DNA of 61,473 bases, the filler included, from Basidiobolus meristosporus CBS 931.73 (lineage: Eukaryota > Fungi > Basidiobolomycota): assembly GCA_002104905.1 (NCBI GenBank). It is 4 parts of 4 records of this genome, joined end to end, with 100 filler letters (N's around TTAATTAATTAA, not from the genome) between each part and the next. Parts side by side here need not be neighbours in the genome. Positions count along the whole stretch, not along the records: positions 50,137 to 61,473 come from MCFE01001275.1; 3 more parts are not named here. One strand, 5' to 3'. Below, in pieces: positions 60,855 to 61,473 of this stretch. The position numbers and the translations under genes were made by a program. Every line of letters starts with the position of its first letter. The stretch's first letter is position 1. The notes beneath the pieces are model-generated. The model was not told where the DNA came from. It ran no database searches and saw only the letters and a program-made list of their open reading frames with translations.

Positions 60855-61200
60855 GGGGTAAATTCTGTAATTACGCCTATATACTCACCTAACTTGACTC
60901 CCTAGATCATTGACTCCAAATCCTAGAGAACTTTGATGAGATTCTCAGGTGGGATTCACTTGGAATATTTTGACCAAAACATCAGGTACCCAGAGCATAA
61001 AATTTCTCAAGATTGCCCTAGCAGCTCCAAGCTCTGTACACATGTTCCTGGGACCTTCTTAAGCATATTTTGTATGCTTTCCTGCCACATCCATTTAAAA
61101 GTATAAATAATACTTTTACATTCAATAAATCACTAAGTGAAATCCACATAATATATTTGTTTTCCAAATCACTTCTAATATCTCCAAGACTCTCACTACA
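60855..61200 (+). repeat. Diverged solo LTR of the copia family
   Basis: Colinear with the reverse complement of 1892-2240 (tactcacctaac...ttttacattcaataaatca...atatctccaagactc). Confidence 0.75.
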
Positions 61201-61473
61201 TAGACCACCATAAGAAGTCCCAGCTTTATTGCACTCTTGGGGCTTGTGAAAGTTGCCACACCAACTTGCATACATTGTTACTCTTATAATCTCTACATGA
61301 GGCTATTCTTTGCTAGTTTCATTACATTGATTTCCTACTGCTAACACCCATACTTTGCCCTCTACTCTACAGATGGATGGCCCCTACCACAAATTCTGAC
61401 AATGGAAATGGTGGTTAAGAGAAGTGTCCTATAGAATGATGCTAAAAGAGAAGCTCATTTCTCTAAAGGATCA

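Overview
This is eukaryotic DNA, most likely from an early-diverging (non-Dikarya) fungus. That is an inference from the short 48-74 bp introns, the Ssa-type Hsp70 and an intron-containing B12-dependent ribonucleotide reductase. Three 100-bp scaffold gaps carry a TTAATTAATTAA linker. Two CpG-rich gene islands (about 28.7-36.9 kb and 50.1-59.7 kb) sit between strongly CpG-depleted fields of nested transposons: Ty1/copia, three Ty3/gypsy types, CACTA/En-Spm and one Harbinger-like PHIS element. Host genes, all on the minus strand: a secreted GGYGG-repeat protein; a 12-exon POT1 (507 aa); a 3-exon monomeric class II adenosylcobalamin-dependent ribonucleotide reductase (699 aa); two paralogous secreted GAGAYDSGNG-repeat proteins plus a decayed third copy; a secreted cationic collagen-like protein with an (HG)7 tract; and an intronless cytosolic Hsp70. 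The most notable observations are the spliced fungal class II RNR 218 bp from POT1, the cluster of uncharacterised secreted Gly-rich fibre- or adhesive-like proteins, perfect heat-shock elements in the LTRs of two gypsy families that also share an R/U5 module, and a telomere-like G-quadruplex motif at a promoter/repeat boundary. All calls come from manual motif recognition; no database searches were run.
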